Shown: positions 11,216 through 22,500, counted from the first letter of the stretch. The stretch is DNA of 64,000 bases from Gammaproteobacteria bacterium (GCA_022824965.1 JAJDYY010000008.1:320284-384283); one strand, 5' to 3'. The notes: generated by a model not told the origin, from the letters alone. Numbers and translations: made by a program.

Positions 11216-11544
11216 ATCCGCATATGAGTTTGACGTGCAGTGTGTTCTATTCCGGGTACGGTTTCCAATAAAATTGCAGAATCATCAGCGAACCCTGCGC
11301 TCACGAGACGGAATCCGGCGCCCCGTTACGGATGCATGCAAGTGCATCTGAAATACGCAATTTCCCATATACGCATGTCTCTTTAGGGATAGGAATCCGG
11401 CAAACGCACGGATAAAAATTTGTTTGAGGCTTATATATTTACCTTCACTATGTATAATTAGGAGTTCTGATTTTTATATTCGGTGACTACCATCAGTATT
11501 GCCGGATCCAATTCACGATTATTGAATTTACAGGGAATTTTGAG

Positions 11545-13302
11545 ATGACAACGAAGAATGATGCCCTCGCAAAGTGGGTAGACGAAGTGGCGGCGCATAC
11601 CAAGCCGGACAGGATTGTCTGGTGCGACGGCAGCGATGCCGAGTTCGACACGATGGTAGACCAGATGCTGGACACCGGCACACTGATGAAACTGAACGAG
11701 GAGACGCATCCCAACTGCTATCTGCACCGTTCAGACCCCTCGGACGTGGCGCGCGTGGAGCACCTGACCTTTGTTTGCACCAAGGACCAGGAAGATGCCG
11801 GACCGAACAACAACTGGATGGACCCGGATGAAGCGCATGCGAAACTGCACGAGTTGTTTGCAGGCTGCATGCAGGGCCGAACCATGTACGTGATCCCGTA
11901 TTGCATGGGGCCGATCGACTCTCCGCTGTCGCGAAACGGAGTCGAAATCACCGACAGCCCCTACGTGGTAGCCAACATGAAGATCATGGCACGCATCGGC
12001 GCACCGGCCTTGGAACGGATTGAAAGAGAAGGGACCTTTGTCAGGGGACTGCATTCCACCGGCGACCTGGACCCGGAAAAACGTTTCATCATGCACTTCC
12101 CCGAAGAGCTGTACATTATGAGCATCGGCTCCGGCTACGGCGGCAATGCGCTGCTTGGCAAGAAGTGCCATGCCCTGAGAATTGCAAGCTGGCAGGCGCG
12201 CACGGAAGGCTGGCTGGCCGAACACATGCTGATCGTCGGGCTGGAAAGCCCGCAGGGAGAGACGCACTACATCGCGTGTGCATTCCCATCTGCATGCGGA
12301 AAAACCAACCTCGCCATGCTGATTCCGCCGGAACAGTACAAGGGATGGAAAGTCACCACGGTAGGTGATGACATCTGCTGGCTGCACTTGCGTGACGACG
12401 GGCGGCTTTGGGCCATCAATCCCGAATCCGGTTATTTCGGAGTCGTGCCCGGCACCAACGAATGGTCCAACAAGAACGCGTACGACACCCTGAAAAGCGA
12501 TGCCATTTTTACCAACGTCGGGGTCACGGCCAATAACGAGCCCTGGTGGGAAGAAAAGGATGACGGCGATACGCCGGCGCTGGACTGGAAAGGCAACCCC
12601 TACGATGCCGAGGTTGGTCCTGCGGCCCACCCCAACTCACGATTTACCGTGCCCGCCAAGAACAACCCGGTCTACTCCCCGATGGCGGACAACCCGGACG
12701 GTGTACCGATTTCAGCCGTGGTATTCGGCGGTCGCCGCAAGGAGCTGGCACCGTTGGTCTTCGAGGCCAAGGACTGGGCCCACGGGGTACTGGTCGGAGC
12801 TTCCTGTGCCTCTGAGATGACGGCTGCCGCGATTGGCGGAGCCGGGCAGATCCGGCGCGACCCCATGGCCATGAAGCCGTTCTGCGGATACAACTTCGGT
12901 GACTACTTTGCCCACTGGCTCAGCTTCCAGGGCAAGTCGGACAAACTGCCCAAGATCTTCCATTGCAACTGGTTCCGACGTGACCAGGACGGCAAGTTCA
13001 TGTGGCCGGGCTTTGGTGAAAACATGCGGGTTCTGGCCTGGATCGTGGGGCGTTGTCAAGGCAAGCTTGATGCAAGAGAAACGCCGATCGGGTTCCTGCC
13101 CAATGTCGAGGATATCGATATCAACGGTATCGATGTCTCCCCTGAAACGATGCAGGCATTGCTGTCTGTCGATCCGGCCAAGTGGGAAGAGGAAACCGTG
13201 GCCATCGGCGAATACTTTGAGGAGTTTGGTGATCGTATGCCCGAGGCCATCCTGGCTGAGCTGGCGAAGATCTCTTCTGCCCTGCAAAGCAAGGCTGCCT
13301 AA
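11545..13302 (+). CDS. pckG: Phosphoenolpyruvate carboxykinase (GTP)
   Basis: 585 aa with the GTP-type PEPCK signature (GSGYGGNALLGKKC, CGKTN P-loop-like kinase motif). Confidence 0.9.
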   Translation: MTTKNDALAKWVDEVAAHTKPDRIVWCDGSDAEFDTMVDQMLDTGTLMKLNEETHPNCYLHRSDPSDVARVEHLTFVCTKDQEDAGPNNNWMDPDEAHAKLHELFAGCMQGRTMYVIPYCMGPIDSPLSRNGVEITDSPYVVANMKIMARIGAPALERIEREGTFVRGLHSTGDLDPEKRFIMHFPEELYIMSIGSGYGGNALLGKKCHALRIASWQARTEGWLAEHMLIVGLESPQGETHYIACAFPSACGKTNLAMLIPPEQYKGWKVTTVGDDICWLHLRDDGRLWAINPESGYFGVVPGTNEWSNKNAYDTLKSDAIFTNVGVTANNEPWWEEKDDGDTPALDWKGNPYDAEVGPAAHPNSRFTVPAKNNPVYSPMADNPDGVPISAVVFGGRRKELAPLVFEAKDWAHGVLVGASCASEMTAAAIGGAGQIRRDPMAMKPFCGYNFGDYFAHWLSFQGKSDKLPKIFHCNWFRRDQDGKFMWPGFGENMRVLAWIVGRCQGKLDARETPIGFLPNVEDIDINGIDVSPETMQALLSVDPAKWEEETVAIGEYFEEFGDRMPEAILAELAKISSALQSKAA

Positions 13303-13327
13303 CCACGCCAAGCCATTGTCTATCAAG

Positions 13328-13360
13328 CCCCGTGACGGAATTGTCACGGGGCTTTTTTTT
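13328..13360 (+). terminator. Rho-independent terminator after pckG
   Basis: CCCCGTGAC-ggaatt-GTCACGGGG stem-loop followed by T8. Confidence 0.75.
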
Positions 13361-13374
13361 GCGCCCCGCCGACC

Positions 13375-13875
13375 ATGTCTCGGGTGACTTCACGCCCCGT
13401 GCACCCTCTCGAGAAAATCATCTCGGGCGGGCAGACCGGGGTCGACCGGGCTGCACTGGATGCTGCGCTGGATCACCGCTTCCCGTGTGGCGGTCACTGT
13501 CCAAAAGGCCGCAAGGCCGAGGATGGAGTCATACCCGGGCGCTATCCGCTCACAGAGCACGCCAGTGCGGATTATGCAAAGCGCACGCTTGCCAACATCG
13601 TCCACAGTCATGGCACATTGATCATTTACGCACAGGTGTTGAAAGGTGGCACCGCCCTCACCGCCGACTATTGCAGGCAGCGTGAAAGGCCCTTGATCCT
13701 GATTGATGCCGAGCGCCAGCACAGCGAGCAGGCCGCGGACCTGGCGTTGGAATTTTTCCGAAAGTTTGATGTCAGATGTCTGAATGTCGCGGGTCCCCGT
13801 CACAGCCAGTGGCCCGAAGGCTACCGCTACGCGTACCATTGCATGGACCACATCCTCAAGGCGTGCCTGCGATGA
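13375..13875 (+). CDS. SLOG-superfamily protein, putative molybdenum-carrier-like
   Basis: N-terminal IISGGQTGVDRAALDAAL motif typical of the MoCo-carrier/YpsA-like Rossmann SLOG fold. Confidence 0.45.
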   Translation: MSRVTSRPVHPLEKIISGGQTGVDRAALDAALDHRFPCGGHCPKGRKAEDGVIPGRYPLTEHASADYAKRTLANIVHSHGTLIIYAQVLKGGTALTADYCRQRERPLILIDAERQHSEQAADLALEFFRKFDVRCLNVAGPRHSQWPEGYRYAYHCMDHILKACLR

Positions 13876-13951
13876 AACGAGGGTCTTCCATGTTAGACCC
13901 GTACAAGGATTCTGCTACACTAACTGCACACACCCGATGCCAGAGGACAGC

Positions 13952-14659
13952 ATGCCAAGACACACCCTGATTCGCCTGATTCTCGCAGGCCTGTTTTCAA
14001 TACTCAGCTTACAGAATGCACACGCCAGTGAGATCGATACCCATGCACTGGTGGATGCCGCTGTAAAATCGGTGGATACGTTTGCCATCGACCCGGACAT
14101 GGAGTGGCTGCACCACAACATGCATAGAGCCCGGGGTATTTTGATTGTCCCCCAGCTGGTCAAGGGCGGTTTCATTTTTGGCGGATCCGGAGGTAGCGGC
14201 GTGCTGCTTTCCAAGGGAGAGGACAATATCTGGAGCTATCCCGCCTTTTACACGATGGGTTCCGGAACCATCGGATTCCAGGCCGGGGTCGAGGTCGCAG
14301 AACTGGTCTTGATCATCATGACGGATCGAGGCGTGGATGGATTGCTGACCTCTTCATTCAAGCTGGGAGGCGATATCAGCATTGCCACCGGTCCCATAGG
14401 TGCCGGCGCAAAAGCCCAGTCCCTGGATATCCAGGACAAGTCTGTCGATATCCTGGCATTCTCAAGGACCAAGGGGATTTACGGCGGCGTGAGTGCAGAG
14501 GGTGCCGTGCTCAAAGTCCGCGAGGATCTCAACAACGCCTATTACGGCAACGACACCAAAAGTCCGCGCACCATACTCATCGAGCACACGGTCAGTAACC
14601 CGCACGCCGATCCGCTGCGCGAGGCCGTGGCCCACCTCGCGGAAAAAAGCGGCTTGTAA
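13952..14659 (+). CDS. SYLF (Ysc84/DUF500) lipid-binding domain protein, secreted
   Basis: Signal peptide (MPRHTLIRLILAGLFSILSLQNAHA) followed by the Gly-rich SYLF core (GGFIFGGSGGSGVLL...GFQAGVE...GGDISIATGPIGAG). The start is moved to the ATG at 13952. Confidence 0.7.
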   Translation: MPRHTLIRLILAGLFSILSLQNAHASEIDTHALVDAAVKSVDTFAIDPDMEWLHHNMHRARGILIVPQLVKGGFIFGGSGGSGVLLSKGEDNIWSYPAFYTMGSGTIGFQAGVEVAELVLIIMTDRGVDGLLTSSFKLGGDISIATGPIGAGAKAQSLDIQDKSVDILAFSRTKGIYGGVSAEGAVLKVREDLNNAYYGNDTKSPRTILIEHTVSNPHADPLREAVAHLAEKSGL

Positions 14660-14937
14660 TTCCGCCGGTCGGGGAGGAAGTTTCCCCTGAGGTGCGGATG
14701 GTGGCGATGCAGACCACCACTTCCAGAACACACTCAATGACCCCGCGCGACTCAAGCGCCGCCTTTCTCGCGTGCTGGTTAAAAGGCTCCATCAGGCAGG
14801 CTGATCTGCCCTGTCCTCAGCTTATTGCCAAGTAGCTGGTATCCATTCTCTAATGCGCACAACGTACTCAACTAAGGGTGCCAAGACCTGCACACTGACT
14901 AGGCGTTCCCGATGGACGGCTACGGCTACGGTTGCGG

Positions 14938-15462
14938 CTATACGGCCTTTACCAGTACCTCGGCGTTGCGTTCGAGGCAGGTGTGCGTGCGGTATGACTC
15001 CGGCAGCATACCGCTGGTGACTACCGTGAAACCGTTTTTGACGAACCAGTCCCGGGTCTGGGCGGTCAGGACGAACAGGTGATCAAAGCCCACCTCCCGG
15101 GCAGCATCTTCCGCTGCCGCCAGCAGCTTACCGCCAATGCCGTTCGCACTGCCGCGGTATACAGGATGCACGGCAACGCAGGCGAGTTCTGCGCCTGTGC
15201 CGGCCGGCAGCAGTGCGCAGCAGCCGGCAACGATGCTGTCCAGCCTGGCAACGAGAAAGTGCTCCAGTTCACGTTCCAATTGGTCACGCGAGCGCTTGCA
15301 CAGCACACCGGCATCCTCGAGCGGGCGAATGATTTCGACAATGCCCGCTACGTCACGGGCCTCGGCACGGCGCACCCGAGTGCGGGCAGCCTGGGGGCTC
15401 GTGCAGACGGTATAGGTTGCCCCCTGACCTTTACAGGGCTTGGCTTCCTTGGGTGATTTCAT
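14938..15462 (-). CDS. GNAT-family N-acetyltransferase (ArgA C-terminal-like)
   Basis: The acetyl-CoA binding motif region (VAVHPVYRGSANGIGGKLL) resembles the GNAT domain of N-acetylglutamate synthase. The start codon is uncertain. Confidence 0.6.
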   Translation of the reverse strand: MKSPKEAKPCKGQGATYTVCTSPQAARTRVRRAEARDVAGIVEIIRPLEDAGVLCKRSRDQLERELEHFLVARLDSIVAGCCALLPAGTGAELACVAVHPVYRGSANGIGGKLLAAAEDAAREVGFDHLFVLTAQTRDWFVKNGFTVVTSGMLPESYRTHTCLERNAEVLVKAV

Positions 15463-15597
15463 GGGACCGCTTGGCCTACTTACTTCAACAACATCAACAT
15501 TTTGGATTATAGGGGACTTTTTTGTACATTACAGAACGGGCAGAGGGATACACGAAGGTGTTCCACAGTTTGAGGATCCTCAGCAGTCAAAACGTAC

Positions 15598-16506
15598 TTG
15601 CAACGCATGCAAACAGTCCTGATCGTCGGCGGAACCGGAACCTTCGGGTTCAAGATTGTCCGGGCCATGACCTACCGGCCGGAGGCCAAAATCCGCGTGC
15701 TGGTTCAACCGGATTCCATTGCTGAATCAGACCGTGCCAACCTTCGATGGCTGGCAAGCCGGGGCGTCGAAATCTTTGAGGGCGACCTCAAGGATCCCTG
15801 TTCCCTGAACACGGCAGTCAAGGGTGCTCATGCCGTGATCTCGGCCGTGAAAGGCGGGCCCCAGGTCATGCTGGACGGCCAGAAGAATCTGCTCGACGTG
15901 TCCGTGGCTCATCACGTCTCCCGGTTCATACCCTCGGACTACACGCTGGATTACTCCAGGCTGGACCCGGCCGATCATGGCGAACTCGCGTTGAAGGCCA
16001 GGTTCGCTTCTATCCTGAAAAGCGAATCCATCGAACACACATTCCTCTTCAACGGTATCTTCATGGAAGACCTGTTTTCGGCCTCGATGGGTATTTTCGA
16101 TTTCCGGTCCCGGGCAGTGCGGTACTGGGGAGACGGAGAAACCCGCATGGATGTGACACGTTCAGACGATGCGGCAGAATACGTTGCGGAAGCCGTTTTC
16201 GACCCACACGCAGCCAATATGCGCTTGAACCTGGTGGGCGACACCGTGACCCTCAATGAAATTATCGCCCGCTTTGACGAAGCGACGGAATACAGGTTCG
16301 AACGGCACTGCAGGGGCACAATCGATGCGCTGAAAGCAGCACTGGCGGATCGAAGAAGGCAAAGTCAACTCGATCCCGAATATATCGCGTTGCAATGCCA
16401 ATGGGTACTGTTTTCCGGGACTGCAAAGCTTGGTGATCTGGATAACCAGCGCTATAAAAACGTGTATCCGACCATCCTGCTGGATTACATCTCCATCGAG
16501 CTGTAG
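15598..16506 (+). CDS. NmrA-like NAD(P)-binding protein
   Basis: N-terminal Rossmann motif (VLIVGGTGTFG) with an NmrA/atypical-SDR architecture. Confidence 0.75.
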   Translation: MQRMQTVLIVGGTGTFGFKIVRAMTYRPEAKIRVLVQPDSIAESDRANLRWLASRGVEIFEGDLKDPCSLNTAVKGAHAVISAVKGGPQVMLDGQKNLLDVSVAHHVSRFIPSDYTLDYSRLDPADHGELALKARFASILKSESIEHTFLFNGIFMEDLFSASMGIFDFRSRAVRYWGDGETRMDVTRSDDAAEYVAEAVFDPHAANMRLNLVGDTVTLNEIIARFDEATEYRFERHCRGTIDALKAALADRRRQSQLDPEYIALQCQWVLFSGTAKLGDLDNQRYKNVYPTILLDYISIEL

Positions 16507-16725
16507 GTTTGCCCAGGGGCTCGGAACCTTGAAATGCCGTGCAGGTCATGCATGCATAACATCCCCCGCGAGAGGCCGCCGAAGTGCGGATGGTATGGTT
16601 ACTACTGAAAGACAACTATAACTATTTGATATATTGATAGTAACCGATTAGAAGATAATCTAGTTGCCCCCAATGTTGCCCCCAGGTACCGCATGCCAAC
16701 AAGAAGCATTTAGGGGTTCCCTTTC

Positions 16726-18663
16726 TCAGGTCCATACAGTCAGTGAATTTCTGAGTTGTCCAATCGGAAGGAAGTTCTCTTCACACCAACGGAAAAGATA
16801 GTGCCTAGGCTTTGTGGTCAGTACCTGATAAAGCGAGGCTGCCCACTGTCCCCACTCACCGTCGCACCTAGCAAGAATCAACGTGCGAAACATAAGGTTT
16901 GTAGCCTTTAAAGTCTTGGCATCTATCGGAAAATTGCCTGCCCATACTATTGGCTGTGCATTGGCCCAAATTGTATTGACAAAATCTGCAACGATTTTTG
17001 TATTGGATTGAATATCTGCATTTTCTCCACCCACATAGGTACATAGAGCTTCCAGTTGATTCAAGTCTCGGCTTTCATCCTGCTCGAACACTGAAAGAAG
17101 CACTGTGGTGCTTACAGACACATATCCGTGCCGATGCTGCGCGAGATAGACAGCTGCTTCAGCGTAAGATTCGGCAGATATAGTTCCTGCCTGTTCTGCA
17201 CTAAATATTGCAGCTTGAATCCAGACACCCCTTGTGGAAAAGGCTTCTTGGGAATATTGCCGAATTGCAAGGTCCTCACTAACAAGAACGCGGGTCTCGC
17301 CAGCCATAACACCCACACTGAAGGCACCATCTGGAGGAACACGAATCAATCTCTCGCCAAGTTCCGAAAGATTGTTTGGCAATTGCACAGGCTCTACTGA
17401 GCAGTATTCCTCAATGCTTTTTATCAATGACTGCACCGCACTGATCCGTTTGTTCCGGTCTTCAGTGGTTTCAGCATGTCGAAAGAATTGCCCGTCTCGA
17501 AAGTCAAGGCACATCGTATCGCCTTCACCCAGACCAGCATGATCATCGATCATCTCTTTTAGTCGGTTTAGCTCATAAACAGGAATTGCCAAGGGACCAA
17601 GTCGCTCTTTTAACACTGGCAGTACTTTAAGAACTGCTGCATGCCAAGCCGTAAAAGCATCGAGAACTGCACCAGCACGCTCATGTTTCTGGATCACTCT
17701 CAGTGCTTTATCACACTCATCGTGTACACCGAAGCAAACCTTCACTTCTTCGTTTATGGAAACTAGGTATTGCGCAAACGCTATTGCACCGCCTGGCCAA
17801 TCTCCTGCGGCAACAACAAGCGGGACGCCATGTTGCAAGTAGAGATCCGCCTGCTGCCGTGCCATCGCGCTATACCGACGGACTTGCTCCAACACCGGCT
17901 CTATATCATCATCGGCAATGTTTAATGAGGCAAATCCATGTGCTTCAGGAAATCTTTGTCCGAAGTTAGCCGTGAGATGGTGAAATGCCTGTAACCACCA
18001 TGGCTTTAGTTCAGCTACCGACCATGTCTCTTTGACACCTAATGAATTGGTTTTTTCAAACTTATCTCCTATCCTTAACCCCAAACATTTCAAAATGAAT
18101 GAATTGCTATCCGTTTCCGCTTGACCCCATGGTCTGTCCTGAGACTCTCCAATCAATGCTTCGTAATCGCTTCCTTCTGCACTTGTCAGCCGGACCCACA
18201 TACCAGTGCTGACAGTATCACCGATGCCAAGCTCTTGGTCCGATGAAGTTGCCCTCAGTACGAGACCCATAAACTTGAGCACCAGTTCTACATTTGAAAG
18301 GTCTGTGACAAGCGCTTCGTAAGCGATATCGAGAGCACATGCAGGCTCTTCTGAAAAGTCAAAAAGAACATGACTAAGATCGATGCGGTCCATCGAAGCG
18401 CCTGTCAAATTCTCGACTTCCAAACCACTTACCAATTGCCTGATTGCATCCTGGTCATCTATGGCGAAGTATGCCCTTACCACACACAGTAACGTGTAAA
18501 TCTCAGGCCCCTCCTCAAATGCACTCAACAGCGGCGTGATCGCTTTCCCAAAATCACCTTTGTTGAAATGTAAAATTCCTTCCAGCTTCTGAAAGAAGGC
18601 ATTGCATCGAAGATCTGGTGCCAAATCAGAAAAAACCTGGTTGCCCGCTCCCGTACAGGGAAG
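16726..18663 (-). pseudogene. C-terminal portion of a giant Mrr-like nuclease / TPR-repeat protein (downstream frame)
   Basis: 632-aa ORF with helical TPR-like repeat content. Its frame is open upstream to 18663 and overlaps the preceding ORF's frame by about 135 nt that includes an A6/T6 run at 18630..18635. It is probably one gene with the next entry. Confidence 0.5.
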
Positions 18664-20624
18664 TCAAATGCAAGAGCCGTAGCTAGTGTACGAAGTTCCC
18701 CACTGTCACGATCAAGCGCTATCTGTCCATGCAGTGTTTCTATAGTTACATCCAGTAGCCCACGTGCAAGTGCCTCTTCGGCCAGTGTAAGACGGGCAAT
18801 GTATGTGTCATCACCATTCTGAAATGCCAGAGTTGCCGATTCGAATAGTAACTGGGAAATATCTTCTATTCCACGAGTACGTGCTGACTGTGCAAGCACA
18901 GTTAATGCACGTGTATTGCCTACAAAATCTCTACACCCCTTCTCCAGAACGTCACGCACATCCGCTGGCTCCGCCAATTCCATTCGTGCAATAACACCCT
19001 TTGCCTGGACGACACTCTTCTCTGGTTCCGGAAATTGATCCAGGTTTTCATCTGCAAATTCCAAAATTTTAGGCCAGTCCTTATTTGCTATTGCAATCTT
19101 GAACCGAGCAGTAATAACTCCTTCAACATTGTCAGCAAGCCCTGAAATAGTCTCTGAGGCTTGGGCCATATGACCTTGGTCAATTAATAGCGATGCGAGG
19201 TGAACTTTTATGGTTTCTTCGTCGGGAAACCGTCCATGGGCCTGCAGGCCTAGATTGACAGCAGCTTCACTGTTTCCAACAATATGGTACGCCGTCATTA
19301 GATTCATCGGTACCGAAGATAAATCCTTACTGCAGTATATACTTCTCTCTTGAACGCTCTCCCATAACGACTCATATATTGAGATGGCTTCATTCACATC
19401 ATCAACATTACCCAAGGGCTGCCCGCACATGTATCGCTCCCCACCCATAGCCCTTGAAAGCAAGGCATTAGCGCCAAGTTCTTGCAATGCCGCAATTTCA
19501 GGAAATTGACGATAAGCGGATATTGCCTCATCCCACCAGGAATACGGCTCTCCCCGTTCCATGAGCCACTGCACATGAGCCTCGGCAACTTCAGGTGTAT
19601 TCCGAGTTTCTTCAGGTATTCGTGAAATCGGATCGTCAATTGATTCATCATGAATCAGACTTTGGAGATAACACGCTGCAAGGCGTGCATTGCTGGGTTG
19701 ATTCTTTAATTCTTCCTCAGCAAAACTTCTCACGTAATCTCGGTTTCCCAAAAGCAGGAACCCCAGCGCCTTGTTTGCGATTGCTTTAGGATTCTCGGGA
19801 GCAAAATCCCAGGCAGAAATCAATCCAGTAGCCGCTTCCCTTTTCTGCCCAAGTTCCAAGTGACATGCAGCGATGTTTGTTTTGACCCGAAATCGGATAT
19901 GATTTGATGCATCGGAGGCAAGCCTTTTCTCAAGCTTTTGCAGTAATTCAAGGGCGGTTTCAGGCTTACTTTGAATTAGTTCTACATAATCGTTAATGTG
20001 TTTTTCGTGTTCTGAATGAATAGCAGCAGAGTCCGCTATCGCTATTTCACTACTTCTTAAGGAAGCTACTTCTTGGTGACCTACCTCAATTTGGGGAGAC
20101 AGCATATCTGATACCCTCTCGGGGATGTCTCTAATAGCACTTTCTATTTGATCTATCTGCGGCGTATGCGATGGGTCAAAGGCCTTGTGGGCTTCAGGGT
20201 GGCGTTGAATTTCGCGTTGTAATTTATCCCATCCAAAAATATGGATATTGAGATCTAGAGGTCTGGATTTACTTATCTCAAACGAAAGTTTATTTGCCAG
20301 ACTTTGGAGGTTCGCATCGTCAGGAGCGGTTGTGACAATTACATACTCCGTAAGTGGTGGTTCAAATTCTAATGCCTTATTAACCTCAGCACGAACTTCT
20401 TGCTCTAGAAGCTCGCGCCCAACTGCCTTTAATTTACATTGAATGCCAACCGGGCGAGATACATCGCCATCACGATGACCAAAAATATCCACGCCATGCT
20501 GACTTTGTCCTTTGCGGCCGTATTTGCTGGCCATTGGATCGTTCAATAAACAACGCCACAACACCTCATTGCAGTCTTCGAAATCTTGTTCATAAAGTGG
20601 CTTTGGAATCTGTATTGCCATCAC
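18525..20624 (-). CDS. N-terminal portion: Mrr-cat restriction-endonuclease-like domain fused to TPR/helical repeats
   Basis: The N-terminus (FEDCNEVLWRCLL...GQSQHGVDIFGHRDGDVSRPVGIQCKLK...YVIVTTAPDDANLQSLA) matches the Mrr-cat PD-(D/E)xK layout, with a D in GVDI and QCK. The rest is TPR-like helical repeats. No Walker A motif is present. Confidence 0.6.
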   Translation of the reverse strand: MMAIQIPKPLYEQDFEDCNEVLWRCLLNDPMASKYGRKGQSQHGVDIFGHRDGDVSRPVGIQCKLKAVGRELLEQEVRAEVNKALEFEPPLTEYVIVTTAPDDANLQSLANKLSFEISKSRPLDLNIHIFGWDKLQREIQRHPEAHKAFDPSHTPQIDQIESAIRDIPERVSDMLSPQIEVGHQEVASLRSSEIAIADSAAIHSEHEKHINDYVELIQSKPETALELLQKLEKRLASDASNHIRFRVKTNIAACHLELGQKREAATGLISAWDFAPENPKAIANKALGFLLLGNRDYVRSFAEEELKNQPSNARLAACYLQSLIHDESIDDPISRIPEETRNTPEVAEAHVQWLMERGEPYSWWDEAISAYRQFPEIAALQELGANALLSRAMGGERYMCGQPLGNVDDVNEAISIYESLWESVQERSIYCSKDLSSVPMNLMTAYHIVGNSEAAVNLGLQAHGRFPDEETIKVHLASLLIDQGHMAQASETISGLADNVEGVITARFKIAIANKDWPKILEFADENLDQFPEPEKSVVQAKGVIARMELAEPADVRDVLEKGCRDFVGNTRALTVLAQSARTRGIEDISQLLFESATLAFQNGDDTYIARLTLAEEALARGLLDVTIETLHGQIALDRDSGELRTLATALAFDFPVRERATRFFLIWHQIFDAMPSFRSWKEFYISTKVILGKRSRRC

Positions 20625-21038
20625 ATTCTCTAGATAAACTGTCTAAGTTTGTCCTAAAATTTTTTCACCAAACTCGCATTGTTCACGTATTAGAATCTTC
20701 GAAGTCGTTACAATTATTTTGGGAATAGAATGGCTTGGTGCAACTTGGCCCTACCAGCAGACAGCCTTCTGAAGGATAATATAAAAAATTGTAGTGTACC
20801 GAGTTATACATGAAAAGGTTGTAGTCATGGCTTGCTCATCAAGTTCTCACACTCTCCAGGACACACAAACAATGATTATTGACTGCGGATTTATTGCTTT
20901 CTTCAAAGGCAAAGACAATTGGCTAGCCTTAAGCCGGTGCCTCAACACCAAGAACTTTAGCAGGGGAGGTTTTACTTGGACAAAGGCTTTGTACTCGATT
21001 TTTGTATCCATGCTTTGGGAAATATGAAAGGATAATCT

Positions 21039-21992
21039 GTGGGCCATATTTCATTTCAAGAAAAAGAATTCCGATCTGCTGACGAATTATGGGATGCACT
21101 GAGCCCTACCAACAAACTTGTTAGGTCACCAGGCCAACTAATTTACCGTGGACAGGAAAATGCAGAATGGGGCCTCATACCCTCTGTGTTACGGAAAAGC
21201 CCAAGCAATCCTGCAACAATTGCATGGGGTGATAACATAACGGCTGACAACCAAATAAGCACAGAAATTGTGCTACTTGAAACCTTCGCGGGCTTCTGTG
21301 ACCAAGTCGGAGTTAAAATACCTAATGACTCGTTGAAATTTCGAAAAAACGTGCTCGCAGCTGAGAGGCAGGATGAGTATTTCACCAACCCACAATCATG
21401 GCCGAATCCAGCCCTGATTGAAGTGATGGCTCTGGCGCAACAGCACGGAGTGCCAACAAGATTGCTTGACTGGACAAAGAACCCTTATGCGGCCGTATAC
21501 TTTGCGGCTAGTGGAGCCCTCTCAAATGTTGGGAAATGGGGTGAAACTACGGAAACTGATAAATTGGCAGTATGGGTATTGAATATCGATCGAATTTCTG
21601 TATTCCACAGAGTGAATGTTGTCCAGCCTCCTGGTGCAATATCTCCCCACCTTGCTGCCCAGGCTGGCTTGTTCACAGTCTACCCTCACAGCGGGAGCCT
21701 CGGAGAGCCGTTCAATGTCGTTGGGCTTGAAAATCAATTTTCCATACTCCCAGATACTCCTTTGATGAAACTTACGATTCCTGTACAGCAAAGTGCCAGA
21801 TTAAACTGGTTGTGTGCCAAGATTGGGATCACTGGTGCAAGTATTTTCCCTGGTGCTGATGGAGCCGGAAGAGCTGTTATGGACACAGTCAACTCATGGG
21901 CAGCAGCCCGTCACAGTTTACTCTATAAAGCCATGAATCAAATATCAAACAGTCCTGATTGCCAAGATGCAAACAAATCGTCTATCACATAA
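21039..21992 (+). CDS. FRG-domain protein
   Basis: LIYRGQENAEWGLIPSVLR and QHGVPTRLLDWTKNPYAAVYFA match the two signature blocks of the FRG domain (PF08867). Confidence 0.65.
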   Translation: MGHISFQEKEFRSADELWDALSPTNKLVRSPGQLIYRGQENAEWGLIPSVLRKSPSNPATIAWGDNITADNQISTEIVLLETFAGFCDQVGVKIPNDSLKFRKNVLAAERQDEYFTNPQSWPNPALIEVMALAQQHGVPTRLLDWTKNPYAAVYFAASGALSNVGKWGETTETDKLAVWVLNIDRISVFHRVNVVQPPGAISPHLAAQAGLFTVYPHSGSLGEPFNVVGLENQFSILPDTPLMKLTIPVQQSARLNWLCAKIGITGASIFPGADGAGRAVMDTVNSWAAARHSLLYKAMNQISNSPDCQDANKSSIT

Positions 21993-22096
21993 AACATATA
22001 CACTGGAAATTTTCCTTTCGTATGCCTGTGTAGCTTTCCCCGCGACAGGCCTAAGGTGTAGATGATGGTTTACAGAAACTAGAAAAAGGAAATCAA

Positions 22097-22450
22097 ATGC
22101 AACGTGATGATGAATATATCAGAGACCTTCTTTTTGAAATTGAGAAGCAAGACAACTTCCTAGTGATGATTCTTGATACACTTGACGCTTCTCCTGCTGA
22201 AAGAAAAAAATTGTATCACGCTCAGCTTTTATGTGATGCAGGTTACATGATTCAGGTAAGTAATGCAGGCTATCGGTTGACATCTCAAGGACACGACTTC
22301 ATTTCGTCCATCAGGGACGAAGGTATATGGAATAAAACTAAGGCAGCAGTTGCTGAAACAGGTGGTAATGTAACCCTTGAGGTTATAAAAAGTCTTGCTT
22401 ATGGATTCCTCAAGAAGAAAATTTCTACTCATACTGATATAGAGTTATAA
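22097..22450 (+). CDS. DUF2513-family small protein
   Basis: 117 aa: MQRDDEYIRDLLFEIE...LYHAQLLCDAGY...LTSQGHDFISSIRDEGIWNKTK fits the DUF2513 family pattern. An RBS (AAAAAGGAAA) lies 7 nt upstream. Confidence 0.6.
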   Translation: MQRDDEYIRDLLFEIEKQDNFLVMILDTLDASPAERKKLYHAQLLCDAGYMIQVSNAGYRLTSQGHDFISSIRDEGIWNKTKAAVAETGGNVTLEVIKSLAYGFLKKKISTHTDIEL

Positions 22451-22500
22451 GCAGGAGAATGCTTTGCCACTGGCTGGATTAAATTTTTAGTGAGAGGAAC

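Noticed and set aside
14913-14945. Short tandem GGCTACGG-like repeats
   Set aside because: There are only about three imperfect copies, and they overlap the 3' end of the GNAT gene. They are probably coincidental.
16726-20624. Avs/STAND NTPase defense protein, suggested by the Mrr-like N-terminal effector plus TPR repeats
   Set aside because: No Walker A (GxxxxGK[ST]) or Walker B motif is found anywhere in either ORF, so the architecture is nuclease plus repeats only.
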